Below, one piece after another: positions 1-14,487 of a stretch of 64,000 nt of DNA. The DNA is from the human T2T-CHM13v2.0 reference genome, Homo sapiens. Positions within the stretch are counted from its first letter, which is position 1, and each line of letters begins with the position of its first letter. Where the stretch lies: the NCBI RefSeq assembly GCF_009914755.1, contig NC_060928.1; one strand, written 5' to 3'. The translations under genes and the position numbers were made by a program. The notes below the pieces were generated by a model. It did no database searches. It worked only from the letters and a program-made list of their open reading frames with translations, and had not been told where the DNA came from.

Positions 1-2180
1 AGCTGGTACCATTCCTTCTGAAACTATTGCAAATAATTGAAAAGGAGGAACTCCTCCCTAACTCATTTTTTGAAGCCAGCATCATCCTGACTCAAAAACC
101 GGGAAGAGACACTACAAAAAAAGAAAACTTCAGGTCAATATTCCTCATGGCTAGGAAAATCCTCAATAAAATACTGGCAAACTGAATCCAGCAGCACATC
201 AAAAAACTTATTCACCACAATCAAATTAGCCGAATCCCTGGGATGCAAGGTTGGTTCAACATATGCAAATCAATAAACATAATTAAATAATCCATCACAT
301 AAACAGAACCAAAGACAAAAAGCACATGATTATCTCAATAGATGCAGTAAAGACCTTTGATAATTTTCAACATTCCTTTATGTTAAAAACTCTCAATAAA
401 CTAGGTATTGAGGGAACATTTCTCAAAATAACAAGAGCTACTTGTGACAAACCCACAGCCAATATCATAGTGAATGGGCAAAAGCTGGAAGCATTCCCTT
501 TGAAAACTTGTACAAGACAAGGATGCCCTCTCTCACCACTCCTATTCAACATAGTATTGGAATTTCCGGCCAGGACAAAGAGAAAGGTATTCAAATAGGA
601 AGAGAGGAAGTCAAATTGTCTCTGTTTGCAGACTACATAATTTTATATTTAGAAAACCCCATCATCTCAGCCCAAAAACTTCTTGAACTGATAAGCAACT
701 TTAGCAAAGTCTGAGGATACAAAATCAAAGTCCAAAAATTACAAGCATTCCTTTACATCAACAATAGGCAAGCAGAGAACCAAATCATGAATGAACGCCC
801 ATTCACGATCACCACAAAGAGAATAAAATACTTGGGAATACAGCTAACAAGGGATGTGAAGGACCTCTTCAAGGAAAACTATAAACCACTGCTCAAGCAA
901 ATAAGAGAGGACACCAACGAATGGTAAAACATTCCATGCTCATGGATAGGAAGACTCAATATCACGAACATGGCCATACTGCCCAAAGTAATTTATGGAT
1001 TCAATGCTATTTGCATCAAATTACCATTGACACTCCTCACAGAATTAGAAAAAATGACTTCAAATTTCTTAAATGTAAAACCCAAAACCATAAAAGCCCT
1101 AGAAGAAAGCCTAGGCAACACCATTCAGGAAATAGGCATGGACAAAGACTTCATGACAAAAACGCCAAAAGCAATGGCAACAAAAGCCAAAATTGAAAAA
1201 TGGGATCTAATTAAACCAAAAACTAAAGAGCTTCTGCACAGCAAAATAAACTATCAGAGTGAATAGGAAACCTACAGAATGGGAGAAAAGTTTTGCAATA
1301 TACCTATCTGACAAAGGATTAATATCCAGAATTTACAAGAACTTGAACATATTTCCAAGAAAAAAAAAAACCATCAAAAAAGCAGGCAAGGATATGAACA
1401 GACAGTTCTCAAAATAAAACATGTACATGGCCAATAAACATATGAAAAGAAGCTCAACATCACTGATTATCAGAGAAATGCAAATCAAAACCACAATGAG
1501 ATACTATCTCATGCCAGTCAGAATGGAGATTATTAAAAGTCAGGAAACAATAGATGCTGGAGAGGATGTGGAGAAATAGCAATACTTTTACACTGTTGGT
1601 GGGAGTGTAAATTAGTTCAACCATTGTGGAAGACAGTATGGTGATTGCTCAAGGATCTAGAACCAGAAATACTATTTGACCCAGCAGTCCCATTACTGAA
1701 TATATACCTAAAGGATTATAAATCATTCTACTATAAAGACACAAGCACAAGAATGTTTATTGCAGCATTATTTACAATAGCCAAGACTTGGAACTAACCC
1801 AAATGACCATCAATGATAGAGCGGATAAAGAAAATGTTGTACATATACACCATTGAATACTATACAGTCATAAAAAGGAATGAGATCATGTCCTTTGCAG
1901 GGACACAGTTGAAGCTGGAAGCCATAATTCTCAGCAAACTACACAGGAAAAGAAAACCAAACACTACGTGTTCTCACTTATAAGTGGGAGTTGAACATTG
2001 AGAACACATGGATCCAGGGAGGGGAAGAATACACACCAGGGCCTGTTAGTGGGTGGGTGTAAGGGGAAGGAACTTAGAGGACAGGTCAATAGGTGCGGCA
2101 AACCACCATGGCACATGCATACCTGTGTAACAAACCTGCACGCTCTGCATGTGGATCTCGTTTATTTTTTTAGAAAAAAA
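1..2180 (+). mobile_element. LINE-1 (L1PA11-13-like) ORF2 RT/C-terminal region plus 3' UTR, degenerate, runs off the left edge
   Basis: ORF fragments give L1 ORF2 motifs ([44 protein letters not shown]). 3' UTR reads GGAACTTAGAGGACAGGTCAATAGGTGCGGCAAACCACCATGGCAC, followed by an A-rich end at ~2172-2180. Stops, frameshifts and an internal deletion at ~1068. Confidence 0.95.
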
Positions 2181-2185
2181 ATAAT

Positions 2186-2301
2186 TTTTTTGTGTAATAA
2201 AATACACATAACATAAAATGTGCCACCATAACCATTTTTAAATGTATATTTCCCTGGCAGTAAGTACAATTATATTGTTGTACAACCATCACCACCATCC
2301 A
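2186..2301 (-). mobile_element. L1MB-type 3' end fragment
   Basis: AAAATACACATAACATAAAAT...GTACAACCATCACCACCATCCA matches the reverse strand of the L1MB 3' terminus. Confidence 0.7.
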
Positions 2302-3282
2302 GTATTAATATTCATACCCATATATCAGAAGAACTGTGATAAGAATTTTGGTAGTATCATGAAGTTGGGCCCAATGTCAGATAATCTTTCCCTCTTAATA
2401 GATAACTCCCTATTCATTTCCTATTGTGGGCCTATTTAAGAATATTAGTTGTCATTGTTATGTTTGTGAAAAGAACATTAGTCCTAGCATCAGAAAATCT
2501 AGCATACAGCCATAACTCTACCATGTATGAGGAGGTGTTTAAGCTTGGCTAACATAATTACATATCAAGAAAAATGAGTAATCCAAATCTGTCTGGTTAC
2601 TGGCCACTATGCAATTCAAACTCACACATGCAGCTGAGCCATACTGTCATCTCTCTTACGTGCCAATATACTCTCTTTTACTTAGTGTTTACATTTAGAC
2701 AAACATGTAAAGCAAGCTGAACAAATACGCAAAAACAAAAACAAAACAAAAAATAAGAACAAAATAATTGTGTCTGTTCTGCTACCATAGTTGTCCACCA
2801 TGATTTATTTTGTGATACCTAAGTCAAAGCATATGTTAGGCAAAACTAAATAGTTTATTTATACTAAATTCTGTGCTGCAAAATTGTATTGCAGAAAGAA
2901 TGCTCTGACCTCATTGTATAATATTTGCTTTAAATCAAGCAAACATGTAAATCTTAGGAGTCATCTAAAGGACAAGCTAATTTAACTATAAATTGGTTCA
3001 ACATTAATCAGAAGTATTTATCAAACTCCTCAAATACTATAAAATTAAAATGCAGTTAGGTGTTTTTCTAATTTAACATGTGAATATTGTTTAATATATT
3101 TACTTCAATAATTTGTGGAAAATATAATATCTTTGAGCATCTGTGAAAATAATTCCAGATAATATATGAGAATGATGATGCTTTATTTTATAAATACTTT
3201 TTTCTTTGTTAATCAAGCTTTATTCCTTTGATCAGTAGTAGCATTTGTCACTTTCCTGAAGCTTTCAAAGTAACTTAGAATT

Positions 3283-3669
3283 ATGATAGACTGGATAAAG
3301 AAAATGTGGTACACATACACCACGAAATACTATGCAGCCATAAAAAGGAATGAGATCATGTCCTTTGGAGGGATATGGATGGAGGTGGAAGCCATTATCC
3401 TCAGCAAATTAACGCAAGAACAGAAAACCAAACAGCACGTGCTCTCACTTATAAGTGGGAACTGAGCAATGAGAACACATGGTCACAGGGAGGGGAACAA
3501 CACACACTGGAGTTTGTTGGGGTTGGGTGACAGGGGGAAGGAGAGCATCAGGATATATAGCCAATGCATGCTGGGCTTAATACCTTGGTTTTGGGTTGAT
3601 AGGTGCAGCAAACCACCATGGCACACGTTTACCTAGGTAACAAACCTGCACATGTATCCCAGAACTTAA
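3283..3669 (+). mobile_element. 5'-truncated LINE-1 3' end (L1PA13-15-like) with a TA/TG-decayed tail
   Basis: ORF2 C-terminus WIKKMWYTYT...EAIILSKLTQEQKTK; 3' UTR GGTGCAGCAAACCACCATGGCACACGTTTACC. Confidence 0.9.
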
Positions 3670-4189
3670 TATATATATGTGTGTATATGTGTGTGAATAT
3701 ATATATATGGTATATCCATGTTGAAATATTCTATCACTCATTTATATATTTGAATTGGATTGTCTTCTACATTTATCAGATTTTTGGTATTCATTGTAAT
3801 AGGTAGTATTTTTAGTCTTTTATTATAAAGACATACATATTTTCGCAACTGTGGGCATATTTACTGAATGTCCTTTTTTTAAATCACAAAGCCACGGGTT
3901 CATGCCTAGGTTTAGTAATATGAATACAAATAAGGCTGTTAGAATTCTAAACATGAAATCTCATAATCATGTACTTATATGGAAATATTATAAAAAGAGT
4001 ATTAAAATGTGTCTTTTCTAAAATTAAAATTTATATTGAATAATATGATTTTCCATTTTACAATTAGAAAGAGGATAAGTGTATTGTACTTGTCTGTATC
4101 TCATAGTTACCAATTTTATTTATTGAGAAAATAGTATGTATAAACTTTTTTTATATAAATTAGCTAGTTTCTTTCTCACAAATGTCTTT

Positions 4190-4300
4190 GGGGATAAATA
4201 CTATTACTTTCTCCATTTTACAGATGAGGAAATTTAAACATATGGAATTTAAATAATTGGGCTTAAATCTCAATATAATGAATGGCAGAGATTAAACTGA
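4190..4300 (-). mobile_element. MIR fragment
   Basis: MIR core CCATTTTACAGATGAGGAAA. Confidence 0.6.
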
Positions 4301-5849
4301 TATCTTTCCTGATGATGATAAACCCATCATGTGATGAACTGGCCAACTATCTTTATTGTGACAGGAAACATCTGTTCTCAATGCAATGAATTTGTAATTT
4401 TGTTGAAGATTTAAAGAATGTACAAGAATCAGCAAAATAGGATATATATATATCTATCTATCTTATATATATATTATACAGCAGTCAAGTCAACTCTTGA
4501 CCATTGTTAAAACTGTTGACTCCACTAGCTGGAGAAGGAGCCGTGGAATCCTGGAAACTTAGCCTGTCCTTGACTGTCAGGTATGATTTGCACAGACAGA
4601 AAGGAGTAATCAAACATTTTCAATAGAAGGAACGTTTCCAAAAATATGCATTAAAAATCTGAATGGACATTCATTAGAAGACTCTGAAGATATAGACCTG
4701 AGAGCATTTATACACTGAGAACTAGATGTAAAATAAAGTTCCCCATGAAATATTATGATTTTGCAAGTCACTTGGTTCCATTTTAAAAATGTTGATAGGA
4801 TTGAAGTTATATGTCAGCTAGCAAAGTGCTAAGAATGAATTATATTTCAAATTTGGGGTTAATAAATTCTCTGAGGAGGGCAATTGATAAAAGAGTGCAT
4901 AATGAGCAGTATTTCCCAAGTAGTATCAGATCAAAGGAAGGTTTATGCTCCACTTTTCATGCGGCTCCATTGCATCATATACCAGAGGGCTTATAAAAAG
5001 TGTGCTTTTTTTTGAAGTTATCTGATGCAATATCCTGGATGACCCCAATCGTGAGATCATTGCTAGGGTTCTGAGTATTCATATATGACAGAACAGTATC
5101 CCAGATGCCAGCACTGACTCAGAATAAAATTCCTTAATACTTAGCTGATATTAATAATAGAACATTTTGTGAACCCAAAATAGCACTGAGGGACCAAGAA
5201 GTGAATAAGTCATGTATGTATATCATTATTAGTCACACTCTTTCCTGGTCAAGTGATATGGATTAAAGGAACATAACTGCAGGTGTTTGGGGTCAGTGTC
5301 ATTAACCTTTCCCCTAATGAGCTTCCCTTGGAGAAATGAATGGAAATGCAATTAATGATAAAATAAGAGTAAAAGTTTGTAGTTGTGTAGTTTCTCTGCA
5401 ATTCTTCACCAGAAAGAATTCAAGTATTCCTGCTGGTGATTGCTCTGTAATTATTTCTTTTATAGAAATACAAGGAGACTGTATTTTTAAAGAATCCTGC
5501 CTTTTTATAGATGGAGTTTAAAAGTACTGTACTACGCATTAGGATGAATACAATGCGGGAAAGTGGCCATGATGTCCTTGTTTTAGATGACAGAGTTTAA
5601 TATTAGACTATCATGTCCTAAATTTGTGAGAAATCAGCTGATTCTAACAAAGAAAAAACTAAAATCAGTGACTTGTCCGAAGGCACGGTCCCCGAAAACA
5701 CACCTTATATTTATAGGAAGATTCACAATACAGGAGAAAACATTATGTTCTTGTTTCTATGACATCACCCACTCCTCATTCATTTCCTGAGGTGTGACTT
5801 AATCTGCTTCCATATTCTCTGCAAGTTCATTCTCTTCCAACTGGCCATT

Positions 5850-7200
5850 CAGTATGGATTTTCTTATGCCTCCATACAAGAGTCTCATCTTATTGTATCT
5901 TCTCTGCCTATGCAATTTCATCCATAAAGTTATCATCACATATATACCAATGATTTCTAAATTCATAGAGCTCTGGCTTATATTTGTGCAAACAAATTTA
6001 TCTCCTTGATGTTGTTATTGAATGTCTTAACAGGAAATCAATTACAAAATATTAAGACACAAATCTTATGAGCTTTCTCTAAAAACATTGTCCTTTTGTG
6101 AGGATCTTTATTTAGAAAATGGCTTCAACATTCTTCCTGTTCTAAAGGGCAGTAAACTGGTATCATGATCCACTCTTTCAAATTCAGTAAATCACCAGGT
6201 CTTATTGTCTTTGCTTTGTTTCCTAGGACAGGTATCCCTAAATGAAGGAACTGGATGCAAATTTATTTTATCTGGGAAAATATCCCAGGAAGTGATGATG
6301 AAGGGAGGAAGGGAGGAAGCCAGAGAAGGGAGAAAAGCCAAAAAATAGATGTATTATCAGGGAGGTTACTGCTGCAAGCAAGTGGCACTGAATTCCTCTG
6401 AGGAACTTCTGAAAAACTACATAATATACATCTCCAAATTGTTACTTCTCTGTGAAGGAGGAAAACTCTGGGTATTTATCCACCAGCCTCCTTTCATCTG
6501 TCATTGAGTGAGGATTGCTCCTGGGACATTAACTCTAGCTCTTCTCACCTACTCTGGAAAGGGGCAGAGCATACTCCAATGATGAGAGAACATGCTGAAG
6601 CATAGGTATATAGAGTGCCCTCAGCACGTTTGGAACTTAGTACAGGCCTCCTGCAGGGTAGGATGAATAGATTCAAGCAGGGCACTGAAGGCATCTGCTA
6701 CATCGGTCAGTTTTATGGGAACTTCTCTCTGTTTCTGTGTCTCCACTCTCATCTAAGCTTTTATTCCCTCTTACTTGAACACTCAACTAATTTACCTGTA
6801 TTCCCACATTTATTGCAACCAGGGAGTCTTTCTCAAAACACATCTGTGAGTATATCATTCCCCGCCATCTTAAAACGCTTTGGTGGATTTACCTTCTTCC
6901 TAGAACAAAGAGCAAAAATTAAACTGTTCACAGGTAATAGAAGGCTCTGCCCAGTCTGGTTTCTGTGATTCCAATCTCTCTCTCTTTTTTTAAATTTATT
7001 TTACAATATTCCCCATGGTTTTTATGTTCTAGTCATATCGGTCTTTATTTTTAAAAAATAATGCCCCAACTACAATATACACCATCTCATTCCAGGCTCT
7101 CGATTCTAACATAGACTATTTTCTAACGTACTGCTGCCAATTTCCTTTCACAATGCATACTCTGTTTACTTAGTTCTTTCCTCTTCGGTATTTGAAATAC
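5850..7200 (+). mobile_element. L2 (LINE-2) 3' region, split by an LTR33-like LTR
   Basis: Diverged L2 phrases (CATATATACCAATGATTTCTAAATTCATA; GGGAGTCTTTCTCAAAACACATCTG; AAGGCTCTGCCCAGTCTGG) occur on both sides of 6217-6702. Confidence 0.55.
6217..6702 (-). mobile_element. ERVL solo LTR, LTR33 family
   Basis: TG...CA termini; TCCTAGGACAGGTATCCCT start, GGGTATTTATCCACCA and GGCATCTGCTACA end, typical of LTR33. Confidence 0.75.
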
Positions 7201-7434
7201 AGCATCTCAAGATATTTTCTCCATATTTTTGGTGTTCCTAATTGTCTGATAGACACTAAAATGGTGCGTAGACAGCCTAGGGACTAGGCACTGCTGGTTG
7301 TTCCTTAGATAGCACCCTAATTGCCCTTTGTCAGGAGTTCTTCCCCAAACTTAGTGTTCTTCTTCTTTACTGTACAGTCAGACATCGTAATTACACAATT
7401 ACTTGTGGGAGTGTTGTATTGATTGTGATTATTG

Positions 7435-7640
7435 ATTCTGCTATTTACTACTAATAAATGAACTTGGCTAACTTATATGTCTCTCTGAACTTTAGTGTAC
7501 ATCTGACAATTGGGAACTATAATTGTGCATACCTCACAGGATTGTTATGAGAGTTAAATGAAGTTGTTTTATATAACTTACTTAGCGCAGTGCCTGGCAT
7601 ACAGACAGATTTCAATAAAGTTTAGCTATTATAATCATCA
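7435..7640 (+). mobile_element. MIR
   Basis: ACCTCACAGGATTGTTATGAGAGTTAAATGA...CAGTGCCTGGCATACAG...CAATAAAGTTTAGCTATTAT matches the MIR core and tail. Confidence 0.85.
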
Positions 7641-10451
7641 TCTTCCTCCTCTTCATCACGTCAGTATCCCACACAGTTCTCTCCCTCCTAATCAAATCAA
7701 ATAGTTTCTTACTCCTTTCTTCAACTAATGTTTTCAGCTCCTGAGTGGAAAGAAAATAAAATCCCTTCTTACATGGCAAAAATTTAAAACAGAATAAAAC
7801 TAATCATGTGTAGGGAAGTAAATTTCCAAAATTGTTTGATTCTTTAACAGCTGGAAAATGAAAATCTTTGGTGATCACATACTGGCATGGTATCACCTAG
7901 AGTAAAAGCATTAGCTGCAAGTGAAACAAAAGATAAACAATAGATTCAATTGCACTCTGTTAAGTAGCACATTAGAACCCAGAAATATCTCAGTAGTTCA
8001 AATAAAAATACTATAAAAAAGTAGGAATCTAATGAAGACTTGAAAACAAACTGAAAATTGACAATGTGTCAAAAAGCATCTTGTACTGAATTCAGCTTAA
8101 CGTTATTTATCCAATCAAAGAAATAATCACCGGTGCATTACACATAGCAATATCTAAGACTTTGTTTTTTGTTTTATTCTCCTTTTCTTTTTACAGAATA
8201 TGTGAACCCAGCATTAATTCCTTTTTATTATTTTTATTTTTTCCTTATGTATGTCAAGCCTTTGTTAAGCTCAAATAAGCCTAAAGTCAGTGAGGATTAC
8301 AGAGAAACTTTGCTTTTAGCCCATTTTAAAATGTCAAATGCATTTTCTCCAATAGCATTTTATTAGCATAAATGTCTCTGCTCCTTTTGTCTTCCCCGAT
8401 GTTTAGTTGTCTTTTAGTCTTTAATATAGAGTTCACAAGTTATAATAATTGGAAAAAAAACAACATTCATGCTTATTACTTAGGAAGAAACACTCAGCCT
8501 GAACAGATCTCTTAAATATTTTCTGTTTTTCCTGTTAATTTATATTGCATCATGGAAAGTATATTCTCCCCAATGACTGTTAAGAATTACTATGTATTTT
8601 AAATATTATTCCTTTTTTTTTTGGTTTATACTATCTTTTGCTAAGACATTGAATAAACACATTTACAAACATTTAATTACTTTTGAAAGAAAATTGATTA
8701 ATATAGTATTAAATTCAAAACAAAATATTAGAATACTTTTTGCCATTTAAAATATTATTTTTCCAAAATTTTATAAACTTACACTGCCCTAAAATATTTT
8801 ATTCCAAGTAGTTAAAATTATGAATTATTATATTATACAAATAAAGGTTATTATTAAAAAATGATGATTCAATGAGATGTACTAGAGTTATAATGATTAG
8901 AGTCATGAAAAAATTAGAACTGCTTTTGCTTTAAAGAAAATAACAATAGTAGATGAAACTGTTAAGTTTTGTTACCTTGAACAACCTGGAAAATAATAAA
9001 TAATAATAATTAATATGTTAAGCATAAGGTATCATTTTTTAAAACATGATATTTATGTTTTTAAATTAAACCTTAGTTCTAAAAGCTGTACTTCTAGAAG
9101 TTTCTGTTTTAAAATTTTGTACTTTTTCAGATTAGTTGTAAATTCCCCATAGAGAAGAGTATCATTTTTTATTTCAATGAACTGCGTAACCTACTCTTAG
9201 GCTCTCAAATCAAAACTTATATGTAATTATGCATTTATGATATTGCACCAACTTGTGGAATTGTCTCTCATTACATTCCAAACAATATTTCTTCTGATGT
9301 ATTTAATTCTCATATGGCACTTACAATTTTAACCATGCATTTAATTCCTAAATAACTGCCATCAATATTTATATGGTTGAACTTTTATCCTATTATATAT
9401 TGTATAATTGCTACCATTAATTCATTTCCCAGAGGTTTACTTTTCAGAGTTATATAGTGTTTCAATGTCATATTATTTTGCAAAGCTCACTTTTTATGAT
9501 GTAATAGTCAACTCTAGGCTTTAACCCAGGCTAGTGATTAATGACAACCCATTAACATGATTTATTAAAAAAAAACTTTATTTTTTTAAGACCCCTAATT
9601 ATTGTGTTGTCAATAGTCTATTTCATTAGTGCTTACTTATGAGTGGTAATATTTATTTTGCCTTGAGAGTAAGACATTGTATTACTACCTTTATATCTTT
9701 GTACTTTTCATCTTAAATGTAATCATAATTATAACTCATAATTTTTCATGAAGCCAAATATTTTAAAATATAAATGATTTCATTATAACCAACTCTTTGG
9801 CTTTCTAGTACTGCTGGGTAATTATATTAAACAAAAAAACTCTATAATTTTGTATCAAATTTTAATTTTCCACCCATTTTTACAGTGAATTACTCAAATA
9901 TGATCTTAATGTTATACAACCTGACAAAAAGCATTTAAAATTATATTTGCTGTTAGTGTACCACTATTCTATAAAAATTCAAATCCCTTTCCTCATTAAA
10001 GTGTGAGTTTATAGATCCAATAATGACAGATTCCAATTCCCTTTCAAAATATTTCATAATGTATATTGCATGTTTTTACTAGGGCAGATTACTACTTTGC
10101 ATTAGTATAAACGCTTTGGAAGATAGCTTTTTTGACAAGGTGCAATATTGAATACATAAGTAGTTAATAGTGCACAATGTGCTATACCAATTGATCGAAC
10201 CAGAAGAAATGAATATACATGAAGTGCAACTTGATTCATCCATTACCTTTCAAAGTAACGCAAGACTAAAATATATTTACTCTATGGCAACATTCTGCAT
10301 CTAAGAATCATAAAGGAAAACATAAGTACATTAAAAATTGTAATGAAACATAATTATTGAATGGCAACAAAAAATAGTACAGTTCATAAATGAGGTATAA
10401 CTTCTCCTCAAAGGGTTTTAAATCTATAAAGATGTACTTATGGTTTATTTT

Positions 10452-12197
<1,746 letters not shown>

Positions 12198-12427
12198 TTT
12201 ATTTTTAAAGTTTACATTTTTAGTGAAGTAGTGAATTATACTATCCATAATTTTCTACAAACATTATTCAAAAATGACAGATGATTTTCAAATTTAAAAA
12301 TCTACTTGATAATCATATCCTCTTGTCTAATCAATTTTCATTGGAAAACTACTCTTTGTAATAGCATGTTTTATTTCTTAATTAAATCTATGTGTTTAAA
12401 TGCACAAACACGATACATATGTGCATG

Positions 12428-12429
<2 letters not shown>

Positions 12430-12473
<44 letters not shown>
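12430..12473. repeat. (AT)22 microsatellite
   Basis: Perfect AT dinucleotide run. Confidence 0.98.
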
Positions 12474-12477
<4 letters not shown>

Positions 12478-12775
12478 TTTTTTTTTAGTGAAGAGAGCCA
12501 ATACTTCTCTAATGAAACTGGCTTTGCCCAGTGAATGTTTTTTTTCAGTGCTCTGTGAAGTCCGTATATTAACTCTGAGTTGAAGAAATGGGGAGTGAAA
12601 GAGGATTCTTAACAATTACTTACAGTTTTGAAACGCTGGACATTTCTGATTTCTATTTGATCCTGCCATAAACAAAAAGACCTAGAACAAGTTAGTTGAA
12701 AAGTAAATCTGTCTATATTACTAGGTCAGTGTATTATTATTTTAACATGTTATTGGGAAATTTTATTTTAGAGTA

Positions 12776-13415
12776 TGTGGTAGATAGATTTCTAAGATGA
12801 TTCATCCCCTTGCATAATCCTTTGTCAAGTGTAAGCAGGACCTGTGAATATAATAGAATATCAGTCCTATGATTGGATTACATTACATGGAAAAAGTTAT
12901 TTTACAGATTTAATAGAGGTCTCTAGTCAGTTGGCTTTGTATTATTAATCAAAAGAGAGATTATCCTGAGAAGAACTGACCTAATCTAGTGGTGAGTCTT
13001 TAAAAGGGACTCAAGTCAGGAGACAAATTCCAAGTAAAAGAGATACTCCTCCTACCCTCCAACAAACAAAAAGTATGTTGTGACCTGCCTCTGGAGGAGG
13101 CCATGTGGCAAGAAGCTAAGGGCGTCCTCTAGGTGCTGAGAGCAGTCCCTGGCCCACACCCAGCAAGAAAATGTTACTTCTTTTCTACAGAGGGGCAAAA
13201 CTGAATTCTGATAACCATTGAGTTTGGGAGAGGACTCTGAACCTCAGATGAGATGACAGCTGTCACTGACATCTTGATATCAGCCTAGTGAGAACCTGAG
13301 CAGGGGACTCAGTTAACATGTACCCAGATTCCAGATCCACAGAATTGTTGAGATAATAAATCTATGTTGTTTTAATTTGTACTAATTTGTTATATAGCAA
13401 TAGAAAATTAATACA
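12776..13415 (+). mobile_element. MaLR solo LTR, MLT1E-like
   Basis: TGTGGTAG start; AATCAAAAGAGAGATTATCCTG and GCCATGTGGCAAG internally; GATAATAAA...TTGTTATATAGCAATAGAAAATTAATACA end. Confidence 0.88.
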
Positions 13416-14080
13416 GGATGTAAAGAGAAGGAATATAGGGATTTAGAGAAATATTAGGGAGACTGGTAAAACAAAAAAAAAATGCCAGAAAAAAAAAACA
13501 GAAAAAAGTTGAAGCATAAGGTATCTGTATTCATTTTTCTACCATTTGTGCTTTGTTTCTAAGCCATAAGTCCTATGTTTAGTCATTGTCCACTAACTAC
13601 ATGTATTACGAAGTTTTTAAGTCAAAGATTAATATTGTATATTTATATTGGTGTCATATCTATTTAGGCTATTAAATTATTTTTATAAGCACTAACACAT
13701 CTTTGTCATTTTCCATCTATATCTTTATTTTATATATATGCCTAATATAGAAAGAATGAGCTAAATTTGGAATATTATTCATGATATAAATGGATTTGAA
13801 TTTTTTGTTATTATATGGCCATAAGTGCAATCATATAATAATGTCTATATCTTGGTCAAAATATGACAGATTAAATTTTTAAGCATCTATCAGCCTCAAG
13901 ATCTTAAAACTTATAAGTACTACTAAAATATGGCTGTCATAATAGAAACCATGAATATATAAAGTAAACTGATTTCATGGTACGCCCAGCGTTGAGTTCA
14001 TTGACAGTTGATTTATGCATTTATATTTTCATCATTCAAGTATTAAGGGAATGCTAACTTTATAAAAACAGGAAATAACC

Positions 14081-14487
14081 TGTAAAGGTCACTTTTACTT
14101 GTCAACTTGTTATGGTATAGTGCCCCTGTTATTCAATCAAACACTAAGGTAGGCACAGCTGCGAAGGTATTTTGTAGATGTGATTAAAGTTCATAATTAG
14201 TTGACTTTTAGTAAAGGAGCTTATCCTCAATGATCTGAGTGGCCTGATTAAGTTATAAAGCTTTATTAAGAGGAGAACTGCAAAAGCAATTCTCCCTGTG
14301 GACTGCAGCTTCAGCTCTTGCCTAAGAGTTCCAGGCTGCCCTTTCTGATGGCCTGCCCTATAAATTTCAGATTTGCTTAGCCGTGCCTCACAATTTTGTA
14401 AGCCACATCCTTATGATAAATCTTTTGATAACACATATATCACTGATACATATATATCACTCAGTTTTCTGGTGGAACTCTGATACA
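14081..14487 (+). mobile_element. ERVL solo LTR, MLT2D-like
   Basis: TGT...TGTCAACTTG start; GTATTTTGTAGATGTGATTAA and TTTCTGATGGCCTGCCCTATAAATTTCAGA internally; CTGATACA end. Confidence 0.85.

Noticed and set aside
8160-8366. Strong acceptor-like tract (TTCTTTTTACAG) followed by a 65-aa ORF
   Set aside because: Low-complexity F/Y-rich peptide, no donor and no recognisable homology; such tracts are common in AT-rich DNA.
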